Shown: in pieces, positions 13,464 through 26,199 of the stretch
Layout: each line of letters opens with the position of its first letter
Position numbering within the stretch: the stretch's first letter is position 1
The notes under the pieces: model-generated
What the model was told of the DNA's origin: nothing
Databases searched by the model: none
Seen by the model: only the letters and a program-made list of their open reading frames with translations
Translations under genes and position numbers: made by a program
Assembly (NCBI GenBank): GCA_964304625.1
Contig: OZ199838.1
Location: 12,591,843-12,655,842, forward strand
Source: Kudoa neothunni
Taxonomy: Eukaryota > Animalia > Cnidaria
Reading direction: 5' to 3'
DNA: 64,000 nucleotides

Positions 13464-14459
13464 TTAGGGACAATAAAATTGTATAGAAAGTTGTTTCACC
13501 GAATTTACAATTTATAGTTAATCCATCCCTATTTTATCGTTCTGTTGTCGTATTTAATTTATGCTATATCAAGTGTATCAAAATTTATTATTTATCTTAA
13601 CCATTTTATTCTTTATTTAAAAAATAAACATAAATGATAGACAGAAATTTTTTTTGTTTAATTATATGCCAATTTACAACGTATTATATGGTTTCAATAC
13701 GCGTTGCATAACGTGGTTCAAATTATAGATGCTTTCAATACAGATAAGTTTCGTTAATAAAATATTGAACTCCTATGAGATTTCAAATATAATTATATAA
13801 AAATTATACTTATTAGTTAAATTTTCTAAATTTCAACTTTATATTTATGTTTAAAAATATGATAAATTTCTTGTTACTTTTATTTGCGACTGAAATAACT
13901 AATTAACTAATGGAGAATTTTTATGTCGAGATACGTAAATGAGCCCCAGTGATGTTGGATTATCGTCAATAATTTTCCAATAATTTCAATTAATTACAGT
14001 TAATTGATTTTGAAATTTTGCAATTAAACTTCATTGATTGTACATTAAATAATTGATTTTTAGGATAAAAATGTATTTTCGACCACCCCTGCATGTGCTC
14101 ATTGACTATAAGATCGTCAATTACAATAAATCAATTAGAATTCGCGATATTCAAAATATTTAATCCAGATAAAATAATTTAATCTAGAATGAAGGAATCA
14201 AACAATTGTACACCATCATTCATGGTTAAAATGAATATGCCTATTAAATAACGATTATCGTAAGATTTTACAGAAATTAGTTGGTGGTTTATCCCATATA
14301 TTTTTATTTTTAACTAAATGAAATAAAAACCTTTTCAAATTTAGAAATCTAAATACAGAATGAGTCGATACTTATCACGACATTTAAACAATTCAAGTCG
14401 TAAGTATCTCGTATTACGCTTTATAGAAACTTTAATTCGGCCTACGTTATAAAAAATAA

Positions 14460-14619
14460 GCAGAGACCGTTGGCACAGTAAAATTTAATCCTAAACGGAA
14501 TGTACGCTTGTGCATTTGGGGTTTTTAATCTCAGCAACTCCCACTTAAATGTTGTTTATAGGTTTAAATTGTTAGAATCTGCTATATTTAATTATTTACC
14601 GTACTAAGAGCCATTTCCT
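14460..14619. repeat. MITE family copy 2 (internally deleted relative to 4651-4883)
   Basis: Direct sequence similarity, e.g. ttggcac.gtaaaa..aatcctaaacgga and tttaatctcagcaactcc. Confidence 0.7.
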
Positions 14620-14982
14620 AAAAAACTGGAAAAATTATTAATTCTGTGTGCACGTAAACCATAGCGTCAATCCAAAGTTGACTTAAAAAAATATTGGAGT
14701 AAATTTTCATAAAGAAGATATTAATCTAATCTTTGTCAATTAGTAAGTTCACCATTCTTAATTTAAGTAAGGTAGATTTGTAAAAGCTATCATAATAATC
14801 ATTGTTATTCTGCAATTCATTAGTATATGAATATCATTCGAAAATGACTTAGACGTGCATAGAAAATTCTTTTCAGAATTCAATAATTTTGGAAAGCTCT
14901 GATAATGTTGCATGTACGAAATTAACAAATATGGCGCCAACAAATAATTTTCCAAAGAAGAATAAAAATATTTTACAAGGAA

Positions 14983-16405
14983 TTAATTTTGAGGTGATAG
15001 TTTTCTGAGCGAATCCCCCTCAGATAAGGATCGCTTTAAACGGCGATGAACCATAGAGGAGCCGTTAAAATAGGCATCATTTCGTTGTATGTCACGTAGT
15101 ACAAATTTAATTGGTTGAACGGGATGAGTTATTTGGGGTTTGATAACGTCGTGAGTGGCACTTGTATTACTGAAGCTTGTAGAAAAGAACAAACCATGGA
15201 ATTCCAATTTGAAAAGCAGAGTCAAATAGAACAACAATAAAACTATGCTGGCTGAGAAAACAATAAGTTGCCAGTGAATAGGAAAATGATACAACAACAA
15301 ATAAATCGATTTTCCAAATGTGTGGGCCAGTTCGGTGACATATGAGGAAACAAGTTTTCTGAACACACTCGATAATGCCTAAACCAAATTTAAAGATTAT
15401 TCCCCATAGGAAATACCTCCAGCAATGAAACATCCAAAATCGGCTCGACATGAATATGTCGATAGTAGTTGTAACATTCGTCTTGTTGGAAAGTGAACGT
15501 GTAACGAAAAAAATTGGATATTCTGCTCAAAAAGCCAAGTTGACCAGCGGGAAGGCAACTTTCAGGGACACCTTTGTTAATGGCTGATGTTCTCCTAGCA
15601 GTGGCTTCATAGTAAAGCTTCATGTATTCAAAAAGCACCGCATGAACTATAGACAGACTGACAATTGTTGTAATGGGGCTGACATTGAGGGTTGCACGAA
15701 GAGTGTACGAAACAAACAATATCAATACAGTTACAGCTAAATAATAGCTAACTGTAGGAATAAGTGAAGTGTGTATTGTTAATTTAGCGAACAAATATTT
15801 ATTCAGGTTCTCGTCTATATGCCAAATGTAATTCAAATACAACTACGTTAGTTCAATTACATTCGAACGATGGCAAAGAATTGTTGGATTTTTGACGTTG
15901 CATCCTACTAAACGATTCCAACAAATCGACCAGTGATTTGTAGTGAACGCTTGCGTTTGGCTTCTACACGTTGAGATATTAGTTTAATGATATATATTGC
16001 GTGAATATTCACATCCGAACTTACACCATTTTCATTATAAATGTCAATCAATTTCTTCAAATCTGCAATTGTTTCAGGATGGAACCGTATTAGAAAATCA
16101 ATAGTTTCGATATTGTCTGATTGATAGTTATTTTTCATAAACCGTTTATATTCAACAAATGGATCTGCTTTTTGAAAAATACTTCTTATTAGATGACGAA
16201 AATACGATTCTTCAATAGAAAGTTCTGGTTTTTGATTTGAAGCTTGACTTGAAACAATCGGAAACCCATCAGCTGGCTTAATGGGTAATGTCGAATTAAT
16301 GTCAATTCCGTATTTTGGTATACTCCACTGACCAGATGTACATTCATAATTATATTCGAACATTGTCATAACGACAACAAAATAGAAAAAAAGGTTGTAA
16401 TACAT
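14983..16405 (-). CDS. CLCC1: Chloride channel CLIC-like protein 1 (MCLC family), about 437 aa
   Basis: Exons 16405-15914, 15842-15417, 15378-14983. Hydrophobic N-terminus, YFRHLIRSI, EYMKLYYEATA...PESC, DECYNYYRHIHVEPILDVSLLEAL and HTFGKSI match the CLCC1 layout ([24 protein letters not shown]). The exon-1 donor could alternatively be at 15922. Confidence 0.8.
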
Positions 16406-17128
16406 CTAATGCATAAATATTTCTTTGTATATTTATTCGCATGCGCGTTCGTACCTAAAAAATGTATTTATACGTTACATCAAAATAAAATATAAATGAC
16501 AAATTTCACATTAAAAAAACTCCATGCGTTTAAATATTAACAGAATAGTTTATATAATTTTTGAGTAAAAGAAATACTTGTATTAACAGAAATGCAGCAC
16601 ATACGTTGATGCGTAGCCTACTGGCAAAAGCCAGCTATCACCAGTGTTGCCAACTCTGGTTATCAGCAGAAATTCACTGATCTTCAAGATACGATATGTA
16701 CAAATTCTTTTACATTATGATTTGTGACGTTAGTATGCGTGCTAATTTGTATTATGATAATTAATATAATTATTCATTTTAATGTATACTATGCATAATT
16801 TAGTCTATCCTATATATGTTATACTATGAGGGTGACGTCTTTTTAAATATATTGAGAATTGACTCGTTATCTATTTAACCAAGTGGTTCTCTTCGGTATA
16901 TCGTTCTTTGTCACTGGTGTATTTTTTGAGCGCGCAGTGGACGGTTCGAATGATTGTAACATGATTAAGTGTTGTTTTTCATTGTAGCTGTGTGGAACCC
17001 ATTTTGCGAACCACGGTTGTAATCCAGTTCGCACTGATTAGCAATCATTTTCTATCTCGGTCACTTATTGTTTGATTTTAAATTTTTTTGAGTTGTCACT
17101 CGAGAATCGTCGCTACTATCTGTTTTAA

Positions 17129-18125
17129 GGCAATTTACAGTTCAGTGGAATTCATCGTCATCAACCAGAATTTATAGCGCGGTGGAATTTATTTTCGAAA
17201 ATATCAATGACTTTTTGTTGGAACATCTTTTTGAAATACAGAATGACATAGAAAAACAAAGATTACTCTTAAAAAAACTCAAACTTATACCTAACGAGAG
17301 AATGTGTGATAATTGTGACGTGTTAATGTTGCTAAAAAGATTTTATTATTGATAAATATTTGTTCAAACGTTCAATGTACAAAAATTTCAATTAAAAAAG
17401 GGACATTTTTCGAGGATTCCAAACTAACCCTATGGCAAATCTTTGCATTGATGTATATAGAAGTAAATGATATCCACATGTCATATCCACAGCTGTCGAA
17501 ACAACTGCAAATAGGTTCCGACAATATGTATAATTTGTGACTGAAAGAATTTTATCAGAGGAGTTTATATCGACTACTTTAATGTATATGTTGAAAGAAT
17601 CGGATGATATGCGGTGGTAGTACAAATTGATGAATCGCAGATTTGCACACGTAAATATCACCGAGGAAGAGTTTTGGTAAATCAAAACGTATAGATCGTT
17701 GATGGTATAGACTCATATGATAATATATATCAAATGCTAAGCACTATTCGAGATTAATCTACACTTGAACATATAATTCAAAATGTTCATCCTGGGTCAA
17801 AACTTTGGACAGATTGCTGGGCTGGTTACAACAACTTGGATGCTATTAAATCTAGTCATGAGACAATAAATCATTTGGTTAGTTTTAAAACGTAGGAAGA
17901 TGTACTTACCAACCGTATCGAAGCAATTTGGGGTTCAATAAAAAGAAAATACCAACATATAACTCATAAAAAATTTGAATTAATTGGTTACTATCTCTCA
18001 AAGCTACATTTTCGAAATATATAAAAACAATTAATGAAGTATATTAAAATTAAAATACATTTATCTTTTAAGTTTGTTTTTTCGCCTAACATATTCGATG
18101 AATTATACTGAACTGCGAATTAGCC
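17129..18125 (+). mobile_element. Decayed Merlin (IS1595/ISXO2-like) transposon
   Basis: About 29-bp TIRs ggcaatttacagttcagtggaattcatcg; 9-bp TSD ctgttttaa / ctgttttga; motifs VVQIDES..RKYHRGR, WTDCWAGY and TNRIEAIWGSIKR. Confidence 0.9.
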
Positions 18126-18349
18126 CTGTTTTGAAAACTCGTAAATATGAAATTAGTGTTATGCTAAATTTTTACCACTCATCGTATATTTTTTTCGATA
18201 AATTTATAATATGAACTTAATTATAAGCCAAAATTACACACGTGTCACTAAAGCTCGGAAAACCCGATATTTACCTTAAAAATTTCCATTTCCTATATTT
18301 TGTTAAATAGCAACATTAAATTTCCAACGAAATTAATAACAATAAACCA

Positions 18350-19002
18350 TACGGCGAACTTTCCCCGGAATCTGTTAAATGCGCACTCACCATAAATTAT
18401 TATGAAAATACGTATTTAAGTAAAATATATAACTACCGAAAAAATTGTAAACTATAAAATTTAGAATTTTTGAACTTTTTGAAATTTCCAATTATACGTC
18501 CTCGCTAATGCTTCTATGTGCAATATGTCATAATTTTGATTTATTATTTTCAAATTTTCATATGGTTCAGAGTTTGGATTACAAATTCCGAATAAAATGT
18601 CCTGATCTACTGTACTCTGATTTTCCTTCAGTTTTTGAACAAAAACGAGTATTCCAAAGTTGGACTGCTCGAAACGTGAATAAAAATGACAATTAAAAAT
18701 TTCTGCCAAACATGAGATGAGTTTAATATTGTTTAGGATTCGATCGTAAGCATTCCACGCTATTACTGGATATTTTGGATTTCGAATGGAATTTTTTTCA
18801 AAGTATCCCATTAACAAGTTAGTGTTAGATTTCTCAAATTTATTTGATAATCCTTGACGTCGAAATAACTTTTGTAAAGGAACAAGTGATTAATTTTACG
18901 AACTTTAAAAATTTTGAAAGTATTTTCAATACTCACACTCATTTTGCGCGTGCGTGAGTGCCGCGCGTGCGCGTGAAATGTCTCCGGCAAAGTTGGGCCA
19001 TA
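18350..19002 (-). mobile_element. Mutator/MULE-like remnant
   Basis: ORF 18461-18817 (YFEKNSI..PKYPVIAWNAYDRI..AEIFN) resembles the MULE transposase C-terminal half. Imperfect TIRs tacggcgaactttccccgga / tccggcaaagttgggccata. Confidence 0.55.
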
Positions 19003-19369
19003 CCATTTACCATACCAGTAGCCGCTTCCTATATTTTATTAAATAGAAACGTTTAATTATAAACGGAATTAATAACAATAAACCCATGTTGGAAAGAATA
19101 TGGTTGGTTTATTTTCTACATAAATTTTTATAATGCGTTTCGTACCGAATAGACCCGAATAATTACATCTCAATTTATTTTAAATTTTATAAATTAATAA
19201 TATTAAAATTGATTATTTAAAACATCCCCTTTAAAAATTAAGGAAAAATTTATGCATTTTAATTGATGCTTTCTGGATAATGCAATATTCATATTGATTG
19301 TATTGTAAATCGTTGGCACCTCCTTGTATCGTCGGTGAAGCTCGGTCAACTTCATTCCCAACAATAGTG

Positions 19370-22300
19370 ATGGTTGTTTACCCCGTGAAGTTGTTCAATG
19401 TGCCGTATGCTGCAAAAGCCAATGAGGTGTATAATTTTGTAAGAGATGGAAGAATTGATGATTTGGAAGTCTTTATGTCGGTGCATAAATCTGGTCCACG
19501 TCGTGGAAGTGCTGATGGTTACGCGTTTGTATTATTGTACAATCGCAGTGATGTGAGTAAGTGTCTACGTTTGAATGGAAGGAAAATTCGCGAAAGAACT
19601 ATTCAAGTGGATGAGAGTAATTTGGATGAGATGAAAACATTTGATCTGGTGCCAAAACCCACACCCAATCTTTTTACGTATATTTTTATCTACGCTTATG
19701 CAACACTACTAGTTACATAATCGTTCACATTCAACACAACATGATCGCCGCTGCTGTTAGATTTATTTAGGGCAATTATGTTAATTTCCTTAGTAATAAT
19801 AGGGTTATTTCGTCACGGGGGTAATCGTTTCACCATCTTAACATTTTTACTCCACCTAAAATCTTTACTAATTACACAACTCTAAATACTTATTCATATT
19901 TTATTATTCCGCGTTAATACATATATTAATTGTTGGTATTGACTATTTGTTTTATTTTAATCCAAAAAGTAATACAGTGTTGTATGGATCCAACGCAAAA
20001 TTTAGATTGAAAGAATCATTTTGTTATATCCATTTTAAAATTTAACGCGCGACATGAAAATTACTCGAATGAAGCATTTTATTCCATAAATTTGTACTTA
20101 ACAGCATCGCTCTACTTAACTATAGTAATCTCGTCATGTTTTGATTTGTTCATTGTAATTGATATCCTCGGGTTTAAAGAAATTACCTAAATATTAAACA
20201 GGAATTATCCTACATCGTTTACGTAGTCTATCATCGAGTGATTTTCTCTATGCCATATTTTCTTCGTGGTTTAATAAGGAACCTTGAATGCATCGTCGTT
20301 ATAAAAACACATAATTCTATATTTTGTTGTTTGAATTCTATCATATTATCGGTTGGATATTTATCAAAACCTTTAGCAGATTCAAATTTTAGTGCGTTAC
20401 CAGTAACGGTCCCAATAAATCGTTTAAGGAAAATTTGTTATTTTGGTCGAATTAAATTCAATCAACTTTTATTGAACTACTGGTGATATCATTTTTAATT
20501 GGGTCAACTGATAACATAGCTTTTTAAACAGTTTAAGACCGTTTTCAATAAAATATTTACCATTATTTCAAAATCCATTTAATTGATTTTTAGATATTAA
20601 GCACGATGTATTTACATTTATTTATTTCTGCCGTATAAATAGCGGTCCCAAGATATAACTCTTGACGCTGATTTTACAATTTCTAATTGTTCCTCGGCTT
20701 GTGTTTTAAAACACCGAATTTATAGATAGTAACAGATAGAGGTGAGTTAATTTTAGTATAAAGTTGTTCCGATGGGCGTGAAACTGTTGATGAATAATAA
20801 TATTTAATCCTTCGAAACAATGAGTTGCATATTGTATGTTACAATAAATGAAAATAGCATTTGTCGACCAACTTTTTTGTTTCGGTATGCCAATGGCATT
20901 CCTTATATACTATTCAAATATTTTGACTTATTATATTTTTCAATGATTAAGGAAATCATTTCGCTTTCAATTGACGGTACAACTTGATAAATAATCAGAT
21001 GAAAGATTTAATAATTTCTCACTTGATAGAAGAATCGGCTGCATCTGCATTATACATCTAGGGACGTTCCAACGAATTAATTACGTTGATCAGATTGTAT
21101 ACGTAATCGACAATGCTCTCCATCTATTCGAAATTCTTAGTTATATTCGCTGTATTAAAGGTAACCTCTATTAGTGATGTCATGATCAACCAGTACGTTG
21201 GTTAATGCAATCATTCGATATATCTCAAATTTAATTGAATTAAATATGTCATAATTAGATAATTTCGAACCATTCGTTCTCATACGTTCGATCAAGTTAT
21301 GAATTTTCTAATCAGATGGAATAAATTTATGTCAGCTTACTGTTTTTTTGATTCGTTTCGATAGATATGATTAACTCCTAACGTATTTGTACATCGTAGT
21401 AAAAATTAACGTATTCGTAATAGAAATCATGGTTAATTTTATGGCAAGTTGTTTCAAATATAATGTCTAAGTCATTTCCCACTTTTTCGTCGTGATTTCT
21501 ATATTAATTTTTTGACAATACCACGTTTATTCTTTCCTTTTATTCATGTTTTCGTGCCATAATACTGCATAAATGGCGGGAAATTCACTACATTGGACTC
21601 ATTGCATCTATTTATTTAATGCTCGTCTACAAATTCGTCTGAAAAATTAAAATTAATTATAAATATGCAATATTAAATCGTTTCGAATCTGTAATAACTT
21701 AAATCGAAACAAAATAACGTCGTTACGATTAGATAATTAAAAATGGCGCTCGCGAGGTAATGCGTATGATCCATACATCATTGTATATGGTTTTAGTGGA
21801 GGTTTACGGCGCGAGAATTGGTTATTTGTGGTTCTCTCTCTGAATTATTTCGACAAGCTGTCGTAGCTTTTTCTGTTATCAACTTTCTTTAAACTACAAC
21901 TACAACATGCATTTCAAAGGCTGACTTTAAACTGAGCACTACAATAGGGAGGCAGCGCCTAAACCGTACAAATCTCGATTTGAAGCCGTTGGTCAATCGA
22001 GGCCATCCTATAATGAATATGGTAGTTGATTTGTGTGATAGATCATTATCTAATATGTGCATTGATAAATTTCTAAGAAAATCGTGGTTATCCTCCAGAA
22101 AACATCCCTCTTGCTAGTAATACGCTTGATACATTCAGTTTATCCGCTATATTCACTCATGTAGATTACGCTCGCAAATATCCCACATATGACGATCGGA
22201 AATGTATTCTTTTATGTGCTAACAATTAAAAACGATAGAATAGATGACGACGATTATTATATGAATCAGGAAGATCTCACGCAGCCCTCTTATCCCTCTT

Positions 22301-23475
22301 TCGACCCCAGATTAGCAGCACCTGCTTATTCAACATTACCTCCAGGGTCTGTCGTATCTACCGGAACTGTACGCGATAAAAATCTGCCAACACGTGATAA
22401 CCCATATCCTGAGTCGTACATACCAGCCCCTAAACAAATCAATTCAGTGAACCCCATGGCTCAGGCGCCACCTCTAGGCGGGTTCCTATATTTGAAGCTT
22501 TTCCCTATTCCAAGCGGGTACGGTGAAAAGGAAATCGAAAAGATGTTGGGGTCAATCACTATTTGCAAGAGAATATTCATTGTAAAGTTTGAAGCTGGCC
22601 CTCACATGGGAAAACCGAAAGGCGAAGCAATAGTTGAGATTTCTTCCCAGAAAGAGGCAGATATGATCTTGTCATTGAATTCGCTATATATTGGATCCAC
22701 CCGTGTGACAGCAATCATACCTACAATTGAAGAAGTAGACACTGCATTGTGGAGTGCTGAGCCAGATATTCCCCAAAGCAATCGACATCCCAATTATTTT
22801 AACGGATCATCATCTAGTCATCAAGTTTTACCTGGACATATAAAACAAAACAATCAAGAGCTTCCCATAGTCTCTACTCCACATCTAGATTATAACAATG
22901 AACGAGCTAATATTCCCTCACCCAATACCACCTATCATAATCCTACGGCTCCACCGCAATACAACAACATGAATGGTGTGTATATGGGTCAGGTGTCGGC
23001 CGGTAGTAGTAGTTATGCTGCGAACCCTTCGCGCTCAACCAGTAACAGTGATAATCTTCCATCCTTTCCAACTCATCATCATCACCATCCTAGTGTTGGT
23101 CATAGCGCTCCACCCTCATCGTCTGAAAGATCCAGACATCCCACTTCTAGCAGCGGTCACGTCAATGGCAATACTTCCAGACACGGAAACGCTCAGTTTA
23201 CGTCCAATAACTCTGCCACGATGACTCCTAAATCGGATGGCTGCTTTATCAAGCTTTCCAGTGTTCCATCTAGCATCCAACCAAGAGATATTGAGACATT
23301 TTTTAGTAGTTTTGCCATCGTTGAAAGGTCAATCACACCTCATCGTTCCAAGATATCAGGGCCATACAACGACTGGACTATTCGATTTGTTTCTCCCGAG
23401 GAAGCATCCAATGCACTCTATAGCTTGAAATCGAAAATGATTCGTAATTGTCCCGTTGAGATGTCATTAATTTGA
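19370..23475 (+). CDS. hnRNP F/H - RBM12-like RNA-binding protein with three (quasi-)RRMs
   Basis: Exons 19370-19677, 21948-22021, 22078-22116, 22165-22203, 22244-23475 join in frame. RRM1 VKLFNVPYAAKANEVYNF..GYAFV..IQVDESNLDEM; RRM2 LKLFPIP..GKPKGEAIVE; RRM3 IKLSSVP..DIETFF. Y/P/S/H-rich linkers. Confidence 0.8.
19797..21725 (-). mobile_element. Heavily decayed insertion inside RRM-gene intron 1 (family unassigned)
   Basis: About 1.9 kb of coding-like, stop-riddled minus-strand sequence, with weak inverted ends (14/21 identity around gttattt). Confidence 0.25.
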
Positions 23476-23746
23476 TGAATTGGTTGTTTACGAGTTTGAA
23501 TTATATGATATGTGTTTGAGCTCTATTTGTCTCTTTAAACATCGTAAAGACTTTTGTTGTGCGCATTTTACACCTTATTATCGCCTGGATAGGACGATTT
23601 CGGTTGCTATGACCATTATAACTGAAACGATTCTCTATCTATATGAGATCTAATTTTGTATAAAAAACTGGCTGATTGTGCTACTTATTTCTGAGAACGA
23701 GATTGAGCGTTTGGGTGGGTAGTTTGTGCCATTTTTCGTAGGTTCA

Positions 23747-26199
23747 ATGGTGCCTAGTGGAAGAGTAATTGGTTATGAACCCGATTGTTCCGGTGTTGTC
23801 AACATGGTTCTAACCTACAACGGTGTTACCAGGTCGCTTTGTATTGAAGTGCGTTCGTTCAAAAGCATACCAAAATCCTCTAGTTATGGCGTTAAAGGAT
23901 TGGCTCGGTTTAAAGTTGTATTGCTTCCTCATTTGGTAAGTTATTGAGTTTTCAACGTAACTCTACGTATTCTACCTCAGAATCGTTTGATTAGGCCACC
24001 AAAATAATCAAGTTGGATCCAGCTGAAATTCGTGATAAAAATCCTAACGAATCTCTTCAAATATATTTCTATTTCAATTTGAGTCCCGAGAAATCGTTAA
24101 AACCTTGCAATCTACTGTTCACATTGTATTTCTGTAGCAAATTAGACAAGACGAAAACTATTATTGGGGAAGCTTTTATCCACTTGGTGGATGTGATTTT
24201 TAGTTCGAATGGCACTGATAATCCGGCCCGAGTTAAACTTCAACCAATTCCACTCTCAGTAATATTTACTTGATTTTCTTACCGCCAATGGGGGTTTTCT
24301 GTTTTTAACGATTAAAACAGAGGAGCTCATTAATATTTTCCTTATTGATTATTCTTTTCTTTCCTTTAAATTTCGATGACATATAACTCTAGAAATAAAA
24401 TCTTCGGCAGGTTTATCTTCGATTAAGTTTGTTTCATCCATTGGGTTATATTCTATCCCAGTTAATTATTCAAGGAATTTTCTTTAAAATTAATTTTATA
24501 ACAAATGTGTATTGACAATAATGAGGAGTTGCATGTTTATCATCATCCTTTTAGTTTAGGTTGCATATTATTTTAATTGATTTGATATGATCGTTGAATT
24601 CTACGTTTAGATGCTATGTTAAGATATATATATATATATATTTTGTCAAGTTTGCCGAGACGAATTAATTGTTGGACATTTGTTTTCGACGCTTTTATAA
24701 AGATCGACCCCAGGTGACATGTTTGGTTAGATTTTTTCCAATATTAGTGGCTGAACCTTTTTAAGAACATCGCAGTTTTCTGAACGACAAGATTTTAAAT
24801 AAACTTAAACACATAATTCAACAGTTGTTAGGGCTAGTGGGATAATCTTTGTTTTGACTGGTTTTTATTTTCGGTAATTCCAATGAGATAAAGTGTTTGA
24901 ACATTTTGTGTCTCTTGTACTTAAATTTACCGTAGAAATTTCTTAGTAACAGTAGCAAATGGATAATTTGCTGTTTATGATTGTAACGAATGCGGTTCAT
25001 TTTTAGCACAGAAACCAAAACTAACCTTTTCGTACTACAGAATTACTTGAATGTTCAGTAGTCTACTTAAACGTATTAACTCTAAAATTCTCAAATCATT
25101 CATTTGGATATTTAAATTTTTTGTTTGCGTATAAAATTACGTAGAATTCGACAATGGAAATAGATGATTGTAGATCAAATTATTGAAGTTAGCTAGCGAA
25201 GCGCAAAGATAGGTAGGGATTAGGTGTTTAATTTTTCTAGTTTTCAAATGTAAATTTTAATCATTGTTTATTTTTAGAATATTTCTAACGTTATTTTAAA
25301 TCTATTTAATGATCAAACGCATTTTACCTACGTAAAAGGGATAGAAACTAACGAATTCAATCACTTTTCTTACAAACAGGAAATAAATTAAGGCTACTCA
25401 TAAAAACATAAATAAAATTCATTGGTTAGAATAGAATTTAACTGGATACTGGAACACTTAATCATACTAATGTTCATCGATGAACACGTTAATATTTATT
25501 TTAAGTCCCATTTGGTTACATTTTGTGTTGTAATTAGAGTATTGAATTTTTTGTTGAGTAAGCATTAACACCAACCTAGGCATATCGTATCAGTAAACAA
25601 ATTCTGACATGGGGACTCTCACCGGATGAAACCATTTACAAACTGCTACTAGGAACTGTGTATAGATCTGACACAGGAAGATTGGAAATCAAGATACTAA
25701 AACTGGACTTTGGGTCGCAAAAGCTTCTTATCAAAAGTGATGTCTCTATAAATCGCAACACGCAACAAATTAACTTACTTTATGGTTTAATTATCTTTTA
25801 GAGTCTAAACTTTTTATAATTGCTTTTGATTCGGAAGGAAAATTAATGGGAGAGTGCTCCTTTAATCAACTTCCTACGACCGATGCTAGCGAGAAATATG
25901 ATGAAAGCACAGTCCTTACAGAGTTGACCATGGATGCATCATACCTTTTCTCTACTACAAACGAATCGCTCTTTTTAACTCTAGGATTTATTATCAAATT
26001 GAAAACAATGAAATGTGCAAAAGGTTTAAACTTTTTATCCATATTAAGACCGGAAATCGGTTATAAGACGTATGGGAACTTTTGTATCGGTAAATACAAA
26101 ACCAATCGAGATAATGAGGGTAGCGCAAACCAACTCGAACATTCTTTTGAAAATGCGGATCAATTTCTGAAAAAATGGCACAGATTTGAGGCCCCTTAA
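23747..26199 (+). CDS. Tandem C2A-C2B synaptotagmin-like protein (SYT14/16/TC2N-like), 335 aa, no TM anchor
   Basis: Exons 23747-23935, 23995-24258, 25580-25736, 25802-26199 join in frame. C2A: LTYNGVTRSLCIEV, FKVVLLP, TIIGEAFIHL. C2B: LLLGTVYRSDTGRLEIKIL, GNFCIG, FLKKWHRF. Confidence 0.75.

Noticed and set aside
16883-16932. Resemblance to the U5 snRNA 5' end and Sm site
   Set aside because: The invariant loop-1 GCCTTTTAC is absent and the spacing is too short.
19960-21560. Stop-codon reassignment to explain interrupted frames
   Set aside because: Host genes end in TAA, TAG and TGA and have no internal stops; the interrupted frames also need frameshifts, so this is decay.
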